64,000 nt of DNA from Gammaproteobacteria bacterium (GTDB taxonomy: Bacteria; Pseudomonadota; Gammaproteobacteria; Arenicellales; Poriferihabitantaceae), in the NCBI GenBank assembly GCA_047639475.1, contig JBLIOD010000003.1, positions 25,875 to 89,874 of the forward strand. Direction: 5' to 3'. A program made the translations under genes and the position numbers. This document shows positions 8,145-18,017 of this stretch, piece after piece; positions within the stretch are counted from its first letter, which is position 1; each line of letters begins with the position of its first letter. The notes beneath the pieces are model-generated. The model saw only the letters and a list, made by a program, of their open reading frames with translations. It did not search any database and was not told the DNA's origin.

Positions 8145-8501
8145 ATGTTAGCGAATTACTTACCTATTCTAATTTTTATCGGCGTTGGCATATTTGTCGG
8201 CGTTGCCGCGATAGCAGCGGGCCTGCTGTTATCTCCTAACCGCCCCGATGACCAGAAGTTATCCCCTTACGAGTGCGGTTTTGAAGCCTTTGAAGATGCG
8301 CGTAGTAAATTTGACGTACGTTTTTACTTGGTCGCCATCTTATTCATTATTTTCGATTTAGAAATCGCTTTCTTGTTTCCATGGGCAGTGGTGATGGAAG
8401 AAGTGGGCATATTTGGCTTTTGGGCAATGACCGTGTTTTTGGTTATTCTCATTATCGGCTTTATTTACGAGTGGAAAAATGGCGCCCTTGAGTGGGACTA
8501 A
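8145..8501 (+). CDS. nuoA: NADH-quinone oxidoreductase subunit A
   Basis: 118 aa, 3 [10 protein letters not shown] motif. First gene of the nuo run. Confidence 0.95.
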   Translation: MLANYLPILIFIGVGIFVGVAAIAAGLLLSPNRPDDQKLSPYECGFEAFEDARSKFDVRFYLVAILFIIFDLEIAFLFPWAVVMEEVGIFGFWAMTVFLVILIIGFIYEWKNGALEWD

Positions 8502-8540
8502 CGCCAATTACATATACTCAGTCAGCAGAGACATTAAACA

Positions 8541-9023
8541 ATGGCACTTGAAGGGCAATTAAGCGAAGGTTTCGCGACCGCCAAATTAGACGACCTAATC
8601 AATTGGGCGCGTACAGGCTCAATGTGGCCAATGACTTTTGGTTTGGCTTGCTGCGCAGTAGAAATGATGCAAGCCGGTGCAGCGCGTTACGATCTCGACC
8701 GTTTTGGTATGCTGTTTCGCCCCAGTCCGCGTCAATCTGATGTCATGATTATCGCAGGTACATTGACCAACAAGATGGCGCCTGCCCTACGCAAGGTGTA
8801 TGACCAGATGGCTGAGCCACGTTGGGTTATATCAATGGGTTCGTGCGCCAATGGCGGCGGCTATTATCACTATTCTTATGCCGTGGTGCGCGGTTGTGAC
8901 GCGATCGTGCCAGTAGATATTTATGTGCCGGGCTGCCCACCTACGGCGGAAGCTCTTATATATGGGGTGTTACAGTTGCAAGCGAAAATCAAACGCACCA
9001 ATACCATTGCGCGCACTGCCTAA
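8541..9023 (+). CDS. nuoB: NADH-quinone oxidoreductase subunit B
   Basis: 160 aa. Motifs [20 protein letters not shown] and GCPPTAEAL (N2 cluster ligands). Confidence 0.97.
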   Translation: MALEGQLSEGFATAKLDDLINWARTGSMWPMTFGLACCAVEMMQAGAARYDLDRFGMLFRPSPRQSDVMIIAGTLTNKMAPALRKVYDQMAEPRWVISMGSCANGGGYYHYSYAVVRGCDAIVPVDIYVPGCPPTAEALIYGVLQLQAKIKRTNTIARTA

Positions 9024-9054
9024 GTGATCAGATTGATAGCAAGAAATTATTAAC

Positions 9055-9669
9055 ATGGTTACTTTAAAACAATTAGAGAAACACATTAAGAAGTGCCTTG
9101 GCGCTGTTCTTGATCCACCCATTGGTAAAGGGGCGCTGACTTTTACCCATGCCTTTGGTGAATTGACGATAGAAGTGCCGGTGGAGCAAATTAAAGCGGT
9201 ATGTCAGGCATTGCGTGATGACGAGCAATGTCAATTTACGCAATTAATAGATTTGTGCGGCGTGGACTATAGTGAGATCGATCAGTTCAGCGTTGATAAG
9301 TGGGAGCAACCTCGATTTGGTGTGGTTTACCATTTAATGTCCATGGAGTTTAATATCCGTCTGCGCGTGAAGACGTATTTGGACGGCGAGCCGCCGATAC
9401 TTGACTCGGTAATAGATGTTTGGCCTGCAGCAAACTGGTTTGAACGAGAAGCATTTGATTTATTCGGTGTCGTCTTTAGAGATCACCCAGATTTACGTCG
9501 CTTGTTAACCGACTACGGTTTTATTGGTCATCCATTTCGGAAAGATTTTCCTTTGGAAGGCCATGTTGAAATGCGCTATGACGAAGAGAAAGGCCGAGTT
9601 ATTTATCAGCCAGTTACCATTGAACCACGTACCTTGGTGCCGCGCTCAGCGGGCACTGACAAGGTTTAA
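9055..9669 (+). CDS. nuoC: NADH-quinone oxidoreductase subunit C (not fused to D)
   Basis: 204 aa. 30-kDa subunit motif [24 protein letters not shown]. Confidence 0.95.
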   Translation: MVTLKQLEKHIKKCLGAVLDPPIGKGALTFTHAFGELTIEVPVEQIKAVCQALRDDEQCQFTQLIDLCGVDYSEIDQFSVDKWEQPRFGVVYHLMSMEFNIRLRVKTYLDGEPPILDSVIDVWPAANWFEREAFDLFGVVFRDHPDLRRLLTDYGFIGHPFRKDFPLEGHVEMRYDEEKGRVIYQPVTIEPRTLVPRSAGTDKV

Positions 9670-9693
9670 CGCAGCACAACAAATTCCATAAAC

Positions 9694-10947
9694 ATGGCAG
9701 AAATACGTAACTACACCATGAACTTCGGTCCGCAGCATCCTGCGGCGCACGGCGTATTGCGCGTGGTGTTGGAGATGGATGGAGAGGTGATTGAACGGGC
9801 TGATACACATATCGGCCTACTGCATCGCGGGACTGAAAAATTAGCGGAAAATAAGCCATATAACCAGAGCATTGGTTATATGGACAGACTCGATTACGTC
9901 TCCATGATGTGCAATGAGCATGCCTATGTGATGACGATCGAAAAACTGTATGGCGTTACACCGCCTATCAGAGCGCAGTACATACGCGTGATGTTCGACG
10001 AAATCACCCGAATTTTGAACCACTTGATGTGGTTAGGCGCACATGCATTAGACGTCGGTGCGATGAGCATGTTCTTGTATTGCTTCCGCGAGCGTGAAGA
10101 CTTGATGGACGCCTATGAAGCCGTTAGTGGCGCGCGTATGCACGCAACTTACTATCGCCCCGGTGGCGTGTATCGTGATTTGCCTGAAGAGATGCCCCGT
10201 TATGACGTGAACAAGCGTTTTGACGAGAAGAAAACCAAAGAACGAAATGCAGATCGCGATGGCAGCTTGCTAGATTTCTTGCAAGCTTTTACCGAACGCT
10301 TTCCGGGTTACGTTGACGAATATGAAACCCTGCTGTCGGATAACCGTATATGGAAACAACGGACCGTTGACATAGGCATTGTGACGCCCGAGCGCGCTAT
10401 TGCTCTAGGCTTTACGGGCCCGATGTTACGCGGCTCTGGAATAGAATGGGATTTGCGTCGCAAACAGCCTTACGAAGTGTACGAAAAGCTAGATTTCTCG
10501 ATCCCAATTGGCACCAATGGCGATTGCTATGATCGCTACTTGATTCGCGTTGAAGAGATGCGCCAATCAAATAAGATCATTCAGCAGTGCATCGAATGGC
10601 TAAGGAAAAACCTGGGCGACGTAATGGCGCACGACGTTAAGCTAGCGCCGCCAGCGCGCGGCGATGTGAAAGGCGATATGGAATCGTTGATTCACCATTT
10701 CAAATTATTTACCGAAGGCTATGTATTGCCGAAGGGCGAAGCGTATTGCGCTATCGAGCATCCGAAGGGTGAGTTTGGTACCTATATCATTTCCGACGGC
10801 AGTAATAAGCCCTACCGTTTAAAAATTCGCGCGCCGGGTTATGTACATATTGCAGCGCTTGATGAAATGTCTCAAGGCCACATGTTGTCAGATTTGGTGG
10901 CCGTAATCGGCACCCAAGATATCGTGTTTGGTGAGGTAGATCGCTGA
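9694..10947 (+). CDS. nuoD: NADH-quinone oxidoreductase subunit D
   Basis: 417 aa. N-terminal [14 protein letters not shown] and C-terminal IVFGEVDR. Confidence 0.97.
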   Translation: MAEIRNYTMNFGPQHPAAHGVLRVVLEMDGEVIERADTHIGLLHRGTEKLAENKPYNQSIGYMDRLDYVSMMCNEHAYVMTIEKLYGVTPPIRAQYIRVMFDEITRILNHLMWLGAHALDVGAMSMFLYCFREREDLMDAYEAVSGARMHATYYRPGGVYRDLPEEMPRYDVNKRFDEKKTKERNADRDGSLLDFLQAFTERFPGYVDEYETLLSDNRIWKQRTVDIGIVTPERAIALGFTGPMLRGSGIEWDLRRKQPYEVYEKLDFSIPIGTNGDCYDRYLIRVEEMRQSNKIIQQCIEWLRKNLGDVMAHDVKLAPPARGDVKGDMESLIHHFKLFTEGYVLPKGEAYCAIEHPKGEFGTYIISDGSNKPYRLKIRAPGYVHIAALDEMSQGHMLSDLVAVIGTQDIVFGEVDR

Positions 10948-11432
10948 TGTTAAATCAGACTGGGCTAAGTCAAGCATCATTAGACCAAATTGAAATGGAA
11001 GCGGCGAAGTATCCGGCGGAAAGACGCAGCTCCGCCATTATGGCAGCTCTAACTATCGCGCAAGATGAGCACCAGTTTCTCAGCAAAGAGTTGATCGAAC
11101 ATGTCGCAAGCATCATCGGCATACCGCCAGTGCGCGCGTACGAAGTGGCGACGTTCTACTCTATGTATCAGCATAAGCCTTGCGGCGAGAATGTCATTAA
11201 GGTGTGCACCAATATATCGTGCATGTTGCGTGGATCAGGTGAGGTGGTATCTCATCTAGAGAGCCGCTTAGGTATCAAATTAGGTGAAGTTACCGCCGAT
11301 GGAAAAATTGGCCTACAAGAAGTTGAGTGTTTGGCCGCTTGCGCAGGGGCACCGATGTTGCAATTAAATAAGCAGTACGTTGAGAACCTGACACCAGAAA
11401 GTATTGACGAAATGCTGGAGAGTTTGTCATGA
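10947..11432 (+). CDS. nuoE: NADH-quinone oxidoreductase subunit E
   Basis: 161 aa. 2Fe-2S ligand pattern (VCTNISCMLRG ... ECLAACAGAPM). Confidence 0.95.
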   Translation: MLNQTGLSQASLDQIEMEAAKYPAERRSSAIMAALTIAQDEHQFLSKELIEHVASIIGIPPVRAYEVATFYSMYQHKPCGENVIKVCTNISCMLRGSGEVVSHLESRLGIKLGEVTADGKIGLQEVECLAACAGAPMLQLNKQYVENLTPESIDEMLESLS

Positions 11433-12739
11433 GACAATTAACCGCGATAGAAAAGAAGCAAGTTTTTGTATGTTTACCCGATCCACGCGTCGAAGAGCCG
11501 TGGACAATCGCCGCTTATAAAAAAGCCGACGGGTATAAAGCGCTTGAAAACGTACTAAAGAAAAAAGTCGATCAGGTCGAGATTCAAGAAACACTTAAAA
11601 CCGGTAATTTACGTGGCCGCGGCGGCGCGGGCTTTCCAGCAGGTGTTAAATGGAGTTTCATGCCTCGTCAAATCGAAGGCCCAAGCTATATCGTTTGTAA
11701 TTCAGATGAAGGCGAGCCAGGTACTTGTAAAGACCGCGATATTCTACGTTTTAACCCCCATTCTTTAGTTGAAGGGATGATCATAGCGGGTTATTCGATG
11801 GGTTGTTCTGCCGGCTATAACTATATTCGGGGTGAGTTTAATGAGCCCATTGATCGTTTTAACCAAGCCATCGAAGAAGCGCGTGCGGCGGGCTATCTAG
11901 GTAAAAATATTTTGGGCACCGGTTTTGATTTTGAGTTGTATTCGCACAGCGGTGCGGGCGCTTATATCTGCGGCGAAGAAACCGCCTTACTAGAGTCACT
12001 AGAAGGTAAAAAAGGTCAGCCACGTTTTAAGCCCCCTTTTCCAGCGCAGTACGGTTTATTTGGTCGACCTACCACTATTAATAACACCGAGACGTTGGCC
12101 TCAGTGCCCACCATTTTGCGCAAAGGCGGAGATTGGTTTAAAGGCTTGGGCGTTGAAAACTCAGGCGGCAGCAAACTATTCTCAGTAACAGGTCACGTTG
12201 AAAGCCCGGGCAACTTTGAAGTGCCAATGGGAATGCCGTTTAGTGAGCTACTAGAGATGGCGGGCGGCGTGTGGAAAGGCCGTAAGCTTAAAGCCGTTAT
12301 TCCCGGTGGATCATCAGTGCCGGTTGTGCCTGCTGAAACCATTATGAAAGCCAATATGGATTATGATTCTCTGACTGCAGCAGGCTCTTCTGTCGGCGCA
12401 GGGTCGGTGATCGTAATGGACGAAACCACTTGCATGGTATCGGTCTTAGAGCGCTTGTCTTATTTCTATCACGAAGAGTCTTGCGGCCAATGTACGCCTT
12501 GCCGTGAAGGCACGGGTTGGTTGTACCGCATTATCAAGCGTATTAATAAAGGCGAAGGCTCAATGAAAGATTTGGACACCTTATTAGATGTCGCTAATCG
12601 CATTGAAGGGCGTACTATTTGCGCATTAGGTGATGCAGCCGCTTGGCCGGTGCAAAGCTTCTTGAAACATTATAGGCATGAATTTGAAGCAAAAATTCAC
12701 CCGTCTAAAACGAAAGTGGCAAATGCGCATGCTGCGTAA
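11429..12739 (+). CDS. nuoF: NADH-quinone oxidoreductase subunit F
   Basis: 436 aa. GRGGAGFPAGVKW (FMN/NADH site) and ESCGQCTPCREG (N3 cluster). Confidence 0.97.
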   Translation: MRQLTAIEKKQVFVCLPDPRVEEPWTIAAYKKADGYKALENVLKKKVDQVEIQETLKTGNLRGRGGAGFPAGVKWSFMPRQIEGPSYIVCNSDEGEPGTCKDRDILRFNPHSLVEGMIIAGYSMGCSAGYNYIRGEFNEPIDRFNQAIEEARAAGYLGKNILGTGFDFELYSHSGAGAYICGEETALLESLEGKKGQPRFKPPFPAQYGLFGRPTTINNTETLASVPTILRKGGDWFKGLGVENSGGSKLFSVTGHVESPGNFEVPMGMPFSELLEMAGGVWKGRKLKAVIPGGSSVPVVPAETIMKANMDYDSLTAAGSSVGAGSVIVMDETTCMVSVLERLSYFYHEESCGQCTPCREGTGWLYRIIKRINKGEGSMKDLDTLLDVANRIEGRTICALGDAAAWPVQSFLKHYRHEFEAKIHPSKTKVANAHAA

Positions 12740-12762
12740 TCGATAGAGACACACATTAAAGT

Positions 12763-15249
12763 ATGGCAACTGTAAATATAACGGTCGACGGTAAAGAGCT
12801 CGAAGCGCAAGCAGGGCAAATGCTGATTGAAGTAACCGACCAAGCCGGTATTCATATTCCGCGCTTTTGTTATCACCCCAAGTTATCCATCGCGGCCAAT
12901 TGTCGTATGTGCCTTGTTGAAGTAGAGCGAGCGCCTAAACCATTACCAGCGTGTGCAACGCCTGTTATGGACGGCATGATTGTACAAACTCAGTCTGAGC
13001 TTGCGCAAACTGCGCAAGAAGGCACCATGGAGTTCTTACTGATCAATCACCCATTAGATTGCCCGATTTGTGACCAGGGCGGTGAATGCCCCTTGCAAGA
13101 TCAATCTGTGGGTTATGGTAAAAATGATTCGCGTTACGAAGAACCGAAAAGACAGGTTAGTAGCGAAGATATTGGTCCGCTAATCGCCACGTGGATGACG
13201 CGTTGTATTCATTGCACGCGCTGTGTTCGCTTTGGTGAAGAAATCGGCGGCGTGATGGAGCTGGGTATGATTGGGCGCGGTGAGCATTCAGAAATCGCCA
13301 CATTTCCTGATGCCAACGAAGCTGGCGAAGTACATAACCCGGTCAATGGTGCGCTATCGCAGAACCAACCAAATCGTTTTGTCGAAAGCGGTGAGCATAA
13401 TGCAGTTGATGCCTATTTGAGCAGCTCAGTTAATTCTGAATTATCAGGCAACGTAATAGAGCTTTGCCCTGTCGGTGCCTTAACCGCCAAGCCATCAAAG
13501 TACGCAGGGCGATCATGGGAATTAGAAAACCATGCATCGATCAGCCCACACGACTGTGTTGGCTCCAATATTAATATTCAAACGCTACGCGGCGAAATTA
13601 AGCGTAGCCTTGTGCGTGAGAACGACAGCGTGAACACCTGCTGGTTGTCTGACCGTGACCGTTACAGTTATGAGTCGGCTTTATCTGATAATCGCTTGCA
13701 ACAGCCCATGATTAAAGATCAACATGGCTGGCGTGAAGTAGATTGGGATACCGCATTAAAGCATGCAGCTGCAGGCCTAAAAACAGTGATTAATCGATCG
13801 GGCGAAGAATCTATCGGTGCCTTGGCAAGCCCTACGGCAACGGTAGAAGAGTTGTTCTTGGTGCAAAAACTAATGCGCGGCCTAGGTTCAAGTAATGTTG
13901 ACCATCGTCTGCATCAGCAAGATTTCAGAGGTGACTCTCAAGCGCCCGCTTACCCCGGCTCAGAGTTAGCGATTAACGAATTTGTTAATCTCGACTCGGT
14001 GTTATTAGTGGGTTCAAATATACGTAAAGAGCAACCCATCTTAGGTTTGTTCTTACGTCAAGCGGTGGTGAAGAACAGTGCAAAAGTCTGCGCGATTAAC
14101 AGCGTGGATTATGATTTTCACTTTGACGTTGAAGCAAAATCAACCGTCGCGCCAAACAAAATGGTTGGGTGTTTGGCTGCCGTAGCGAGTGAAATTGCCA
14201 AGATCAAAGGTGTTGATCTGGCTGCAAACATAGCAAGTCGAGTCGAGGAAAACACCGAGGCCAAAGCGATCGCTGAGTCATTACTGAATGATTCGGCAGA
14301 AAGTAAAGCCATCATATATGGCTCAAGTGCCTTAGCGCATAGCGAAATGTGCACTTTATTGGCCATTGGTGATTGGTTGGCGGATGCCACCGGCGCGAAA
14401 ATTGTGCGCTTACCGCAGGCGAATGCGGCAGGTGCTTGGCTGGCTGGTTGTGTGCCACATCGTGGACCACATGGTGAACATGTAGCTCGCACAGGTTTAA
14501 ACGCTAAACGAATGGTGAGCGAGAACGAAGCGCTTAGAGCATACGTTTTATATGGTGTTGAACCGGGTTTAGATATGCACCGCAGCGGTATGGCCATGAC
14601 GGCGATGGAGCAAGCTGATTTTGTGATTCAGTGTACGCCTTATGTTAGCGATGAAGCATTAACTTACGCAGATGTCTTATTACCGATCGCCAATTATGCG
14701 GAGCAATCAGGCACTTACATTAATTGCCAAGGCACTGCTCAAGGCAGTCGTGCAGCGACCAAGCCACTAGGCGAAGCACGGCCCGGCTGGAAAGTCTTAC
14801 GTGTGATGGGTAACTATTTCGACGTGGCTGGTTTCGACCATGTCACCATTGAAGATGTACAAGACGAATACGTTCTGGGTTTTGAAGGCATCATTCCGCA
14901 ACGTGGCATGGGCTTTAAAGAGATTCCCGAGAGCCTTGAAGAAGGCAAAGTAAACCGAATTTGCGAAACGCCGATGTACCGGATTGACCAATCATTGCGT
15001 CACGCAGCCGCTTTGCAAACCACAGCTGACAATCCGGCGCCGGCGCTAGGTTTAAATAAAGCCATGATTGAGAAATTGGGTTTAAGTGGAGCCGCGAGAG
15101 CACGGGTGAGTCAAGGAGGAGTTTCAGTTGAGCTCGCTGTGAAACTAGATGCAAGGCTGCCTGATGACTGCGCATTTGTCCCAGCAGGCCATTTGGATAC
15201 TGCTGCTTTAGCCGGTGTGGGTCAGCTAGATATTGAGGCCTGCGCATGA
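12763..15249 (+). CDS. nuoG: NADH-quinone oxidoreductase subunit G, with an extra ~40-aa insert
   Basis: 828 aa. N-terminal 2Fe-2S/4Fe-4S motifs ([43 protein letters not shown]) and a molybdopterin-oxidoreductase-like C-terminal part. Confidence 0.95.
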   Translation: MATVNITVDGKELEAQAGQMLIEVTDQAGIHIPRFCYHPKLSIAANCRMCLVEVERAPKPLPACATPVMDGMIVQTQSELAQTAQEGTMEFLLINHPLDCPICDQGGECPLQDQSVGYGKNDSRYEEPKRQVSSEDIGPLIATWMTRCIHCTRCVRFGEEIGGVMELGMIGRGEHSEIATFPDANEAGEVHNPVNGALSQNQPNRFVESGEHNAVDAYLSSSVNSELSGNVIELCPVGALTAKPSKYAGRSWELENHASISPHDCVGSNINIQTLRGEIKRSLVRENDSVNTCWLSDRDRYSYESALSDNRLQQPMIKDQHGWREVDWDTALKHAAAGLKTVINRSGEESIGALASPTATVEELFLVQKLMRGLGSSNVDHRLHQQDFRGDSQAPAYPGSELAINEFVNLDSVLLVGSNIRKEQPILGLFLRQAVVKNSAKVCAINSVDYDFHFDVEAKSTVAPNKMVGCLAAVASEIAKIKGVDLAANIASRVEENTEAKAIAESLLNDSAESKAIIYGSSALAHSEMCTLLAIGDWLADATGAKIVRLPQANAAGAWLAGCVPHRGPHGEHVARTGLNAKRMVSENEALRAYVLYGVEPGLDMHRSGMAMTAMEQADFVIQCTPYVSDEALTYADVLLPIANYAEQSGTYINCQGTAQGSRAATKPLGEARPGWKVLRVMGNYFDVAGFDHVTIEDVQDEYVLGFEGIIPQRGMGFKEIPESLEEGKVNRICETPMYRIDQSLRHAAALQTTADNPAPALGLNKAMIEKLGLSGAARARVSQGGVSVELAVKLDARLPDDCAFVPAGHLDTAALAGVGQLDIEACA

Positions 15250-16301
15250 GTGACTGGCTGTATAACCTGATCATGTCATGGACATTTTTTCCTGAGTGGA
15301 TGCTGATATTTGGTTGGAATCTTCTAAAAATTGTCGCGATTATTGGACCTTTAATGGTTTGCGTTGCGTACTTCACGTTCGCCGAGCGCAAATTGATTGG
15401 CTATATGCAAGACCGCATTGGCCCGAATCGAGTCGGGCCGAGGGGTTGGCTGCAGCCTGTCGCTGATGCGGTGAAGTTGATGTTCAAAGAGATCATCATT
15501 CCGAGCAAATCGAATAAATACTTGTTCCTAGGTGCGCCTTTGTTATCCATTGGCCCAGCGTTAGCCGCATGGGCAGTGATACCATTTACTGGCGACTTGG
15601 TGTTGGCGGATATAGATGCGAGTTTATTGTTCGTTTTGGCGCTAACCTCGATGGGGGTTTACGGCATCATCATTGCGGGTTGGGCATCAAACTCAAAATA
15701 TGCCTTCTTGGGCGCCATGCGATCGGCAGCCCAAATTGTTTCTTACGAAATTGCCATGGGCTTTGCGCTGGTCGGCGTGCTGATGTGCGCAGGTTCGTTA
15801 AATCTGGGTGATATTGTGAATGCCCAAGCAGGCGGCATTCATCAATGGTATTTCTTGCCCTTATTCCCTTTATTTATCGTCTATTTTATCTCTGGTGTTG
15901 CAGAAACCAACCGCGCCCCATTTGACGTGGCAGAAGGTGAATCCGAAATCGTTGCAGGCTTTCATGTCGAATATTCAGGCATGACTTTCGCGGTGTTCTT
16001 TTTAGCGGAATACGCCAACATGATCTTGATCTCGGCACTAACGGTGCTGCTGTTTTTAGGTGGCTGGCAACCGATCGCCGATGTTGCCCCTTTCACGTGG
16101 ATACCGGCATTTTTCTGGTTTTTCGGTAAAACCGCCTTTGTGGCGTTCTTCTTTTTATGGCTGCGTGCAACTTTTCCGCGCTATCGCTATGATCAAATCA
16201 TGCGTTTAGGGTGGAAAGTATTAATACCCGTTACCTTGGTTTGGATCGCCGTGATAGCCGTCGCGCGTTTCTTTACGCCTTTTGGCTTCATCTTTCAGTA
16301 G
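15246..16301 (+). CDS. nuoH: NADH-quinone oxidoreductase subunit H
   Basis: 351 aa polytopic. Motifs [19 protein letters not shown] and ETNRAPFD. Confidence 0.96.
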   Translation: MSDWLYNLIMSWTFFPEWMLIFGWNLLKIVAIIGPLMVCVAYFTFAERKLIGYMQDRIGPNRVGPRGWLQPVADAVKLMFKEIIIPSKSNKYLFLGAPLLSIGPALAAWAVIPFTGDLVLADIDASLLFVLALTSMGVYGIIIAGWASNSKYAFLGAMRSAAQIVSYEIAMGFALVGVLMCAGSLNLGDIVNAQAGGIHQWYFLPLFPLFIVYFISGVAETNRAPFDVAEGESEIVAGFHVEYSGMTFAVFFLAEYANMILISALTVLLFLGGWQPIADVAPFTWIPAFFWFFGKTAFVAFFFLWLRATFPRYRYDQIMRLGWKVLIPVTLVWIAVIAVARFFTPFGFIFQ

Positions 16302-16309
16302 GATACAAA

Positions 16310-16807
16310 ATGGCTAATCGACTAAAAAACTTCATCAAGACCTTTGGCTTAATAGAGTTACTAAAGGGTATGAAAGTAACGGGCAAGCACTTAGTGGGGC
16401 CGAAGGCGACCATTATGTATCCCGAGGAAAAGACACCTAAATCAGTTCGTTTCCGCGGTATGCATGCACAGCGCCGTTATGAAGATGGCTCTGAGCGTTG
16501 CATTGCTTGCAAGCTTTGCGAGGCGGTATGTCCGGCGCTTGCCATTACGATTGAGTCGCATGAGCTGCCAACCGGTGAACGCAGAACCAAGCGTTATGAC
16601 ATCGATATGTTCAAATGCATTTACTGCGGCTTTTGTGAAGAGGCCTGTCCGGTAGATGCCATTGTAATGACCGACATCCACGAGTTCCACATGGAAGACG
16701 GCGCAGCAGAAAGAGTTTTCGATAAGCAAAAGCTACTTGAGATCGGCGACAAGTATGAAAAATCCATTGCGGCCAACCGTGCGCAAGATGCTCGGTATCA
16801 CACATAA
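16310..16807 (+). CDS. nuoI: NADH-quinone oxidoreductase subunit I
   Basis: Two ferredoxin motifs, [12 protein letters not shown] and [13 protein letters not shown] place the start at ATG 16310 (MANRLKNF...). The 33-codon extension in the ORF track (from 16211) overlaps nuoH. Confidence 0.93.
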   Translation: MANRLKNFIKTFGLIELLKGMKVTGKHLVGPKATIMYPEEKTPKSVRFRGMHAQRRYEDGSERCIACKLCEAVCPALAITIESHELPTGERRTKRYDIDMFKCIYCGFCEEACPVDAIVMTDIHEFHMEDGAAERVFDKQKLLEIGDKYEKSIAANRAQDARYHT

Positions 16808-16815
16808 ACAGTGAC

Positions 16816-17445
16816 ATGACATTTTTTCAGCTCACATTCTATTTCTTCGCCTCCGTTTCAGTGCTGGGTGCTTTGGCAGTGGTTACTGTCAAAAACCCTG
16901 TTAAAGCGGCATTGTTTCTGGTGTTGTCGTTTGTCGGCGCTTCAGGCGTTTGGCTTACCTTGCAGGCAGAGTTTCTAGCCATAGTATTGATACTGGTTTA
17001 TGTCGGTGCGGTGATGGTGCTATTTCTCTTCGTGGTAATGATGTTAGACGTTGATCTGGCAGCTATGCGAGCTGGCTTTACACGTTATTTGCCCTATGGC
17101 TTGCTTATCGCAGCTATCTTGGTCGCTCAGCTGGTGTTTGTATTCAATGGCAGTTTTAGCGCGGTTGATTTTGCTGCTCCTGCGCTTGATTTACCCGCCG
17201 ACTATTCAAATACCAAGGCGCTTGGTCGAATTATTTATACCGATTACGTGCTGGCCTTCGAAGCTGCAGCGCTAATATTACTGGTAGCGATGCTGGCAGC
17301 AATTGCGTTGACGCACCGCAAGCGCTCAACACCTAATAAATCCGTTAATCCAGCGCAACAAGTGGTGGTCACCAAGGAAGACCGGTTGCGTATTGTTGAT
17401 ATGGCATCTGAAAAGAGGCGTCCGGTTAAGAGGTCAAAGACATGA
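16816..17445 (+). CDS. nuoJ: NADH-quinone oxidoreductase subunit J
   Basis: 209 aa hydrophobic protein with a basic C-terminal tail, in the expected position in the operon. Confidence 0.9.
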   Translation: MTFFQLTFYFFASVSVLGALAVVTVKNPVKAALFLVLSFVGASGVWLTLQAEFLAIVLILVYVGAVMVLFLFVVMMLDVDLAAMRAGFTRYLPYGLLIAAILVAQLVFVFNGSFSAVDFAAPALDLPADYSNTKALGRIIYTDYVLAFEAAALILLVAMLAAIALTHRKRSTPNKSVNPAQQVVVTKEDRLRIVDMASEKRRPVKRSKT

Positions 17446-17747
17446 TTCCATTAACGCACTATCTAACGCTTAGCGCGATCTTATTTGCACTGAGTATTAT
17501 CGGTATCTTTTTAAACCGTAAAAACCTGTTGATCATTTTGATGTCGATTGAATTACTGTTATTGGCAGTGAATATCAATTTCGTTGCGTTTTCGCATTTC
17601 TTGGGTGATTTACACGGACAAGTATTTGTCTTCTTTATTTTGACCGTTGCCGCTGCTGAAGCCGCGATTGGTTTAGCGATATTAATTGTACTTTTTAGAA
17701 ACCGTCAGACGATTAACGTCACTGACCTTGATTCATTGAAAGGATAG
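17442..17747 (+). CDS. nuoK: NADH-quinone oxidoreductase subunit K
   Basis: 101 aa, 3 TM, motif [16 protein letters not shown]. Confidence 0.95.
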   Translation: MIPLTHYLTLSAILFALSIIGIFLNRKNLLIILMSIELLLLAVNINFVAFSHFLGDLHGQVFVFFILTVAAAEAAIGLAILIVLFRNRQTINVTDLDSLKG

Positions 17748-17750
17748 CTC

Positions 17751-18016
17751 AGTGGTTCTTCAATCTAATCATTACGGATTCAGCGCGATTGTCTGCTCTC
17801 GCAGCAAGGCGTTGATTCGCAGACATAGTCACTCTATGTCAAGAACCAGCAACGCTGTTGAGGGAGCAGACAATCGCGCCCGAAGGGAGCTCAAGAGTCG
17901 CTGCATTGCGGTGTTGCAGCTCTTGCCAATGGGATCAATCATTGCCTACGAGCTGCGCCTTACACTGCAACGACTCTTGAGCTCTGAATTTGCAATTATT
18001 AGATTGAAGGACCACT
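17751..18016 (+). repeat. 266-nt nested inverted-repeat element (three-way-junction fold) filling the nuoK-nuoL spacer; either a MITE-like insertion or a structured mRNA segment
   Basis: Outer arms 17751-17783 and 17984-18016 give 33 paired positions with 2 mismatches and 3 G:U pairs. Inner perfect stems are 17783-17798/17864-17879 (16 bp), 17822-17828/17834-17840 (7 bp), 17887-17900/17971-17984 (14 bp) and 17916-17922/17950-17956 (7 bp). All pairings were read directly from the sequence. Confidence 0.8.
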
Positions 18017-18017
18017 A

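Noticed and set aside
14118-15391. 159-aa and 158-aa minus-strand ORFs antisense to nuoG/nuoH
   Set aside because: They are embedded in conserved nuo coding sequence, show no recognisable motifs and have biased composition.
16211-16309. 33-codon N-terminal extension of nuoI in the ORF track
   Set aside because: The extension overlaps the 3' end of nuoH and has no NuoI homology. The canonical N-terminus MANRLKNF starts at ATG 16310, 8 nt after the nuoH stop.
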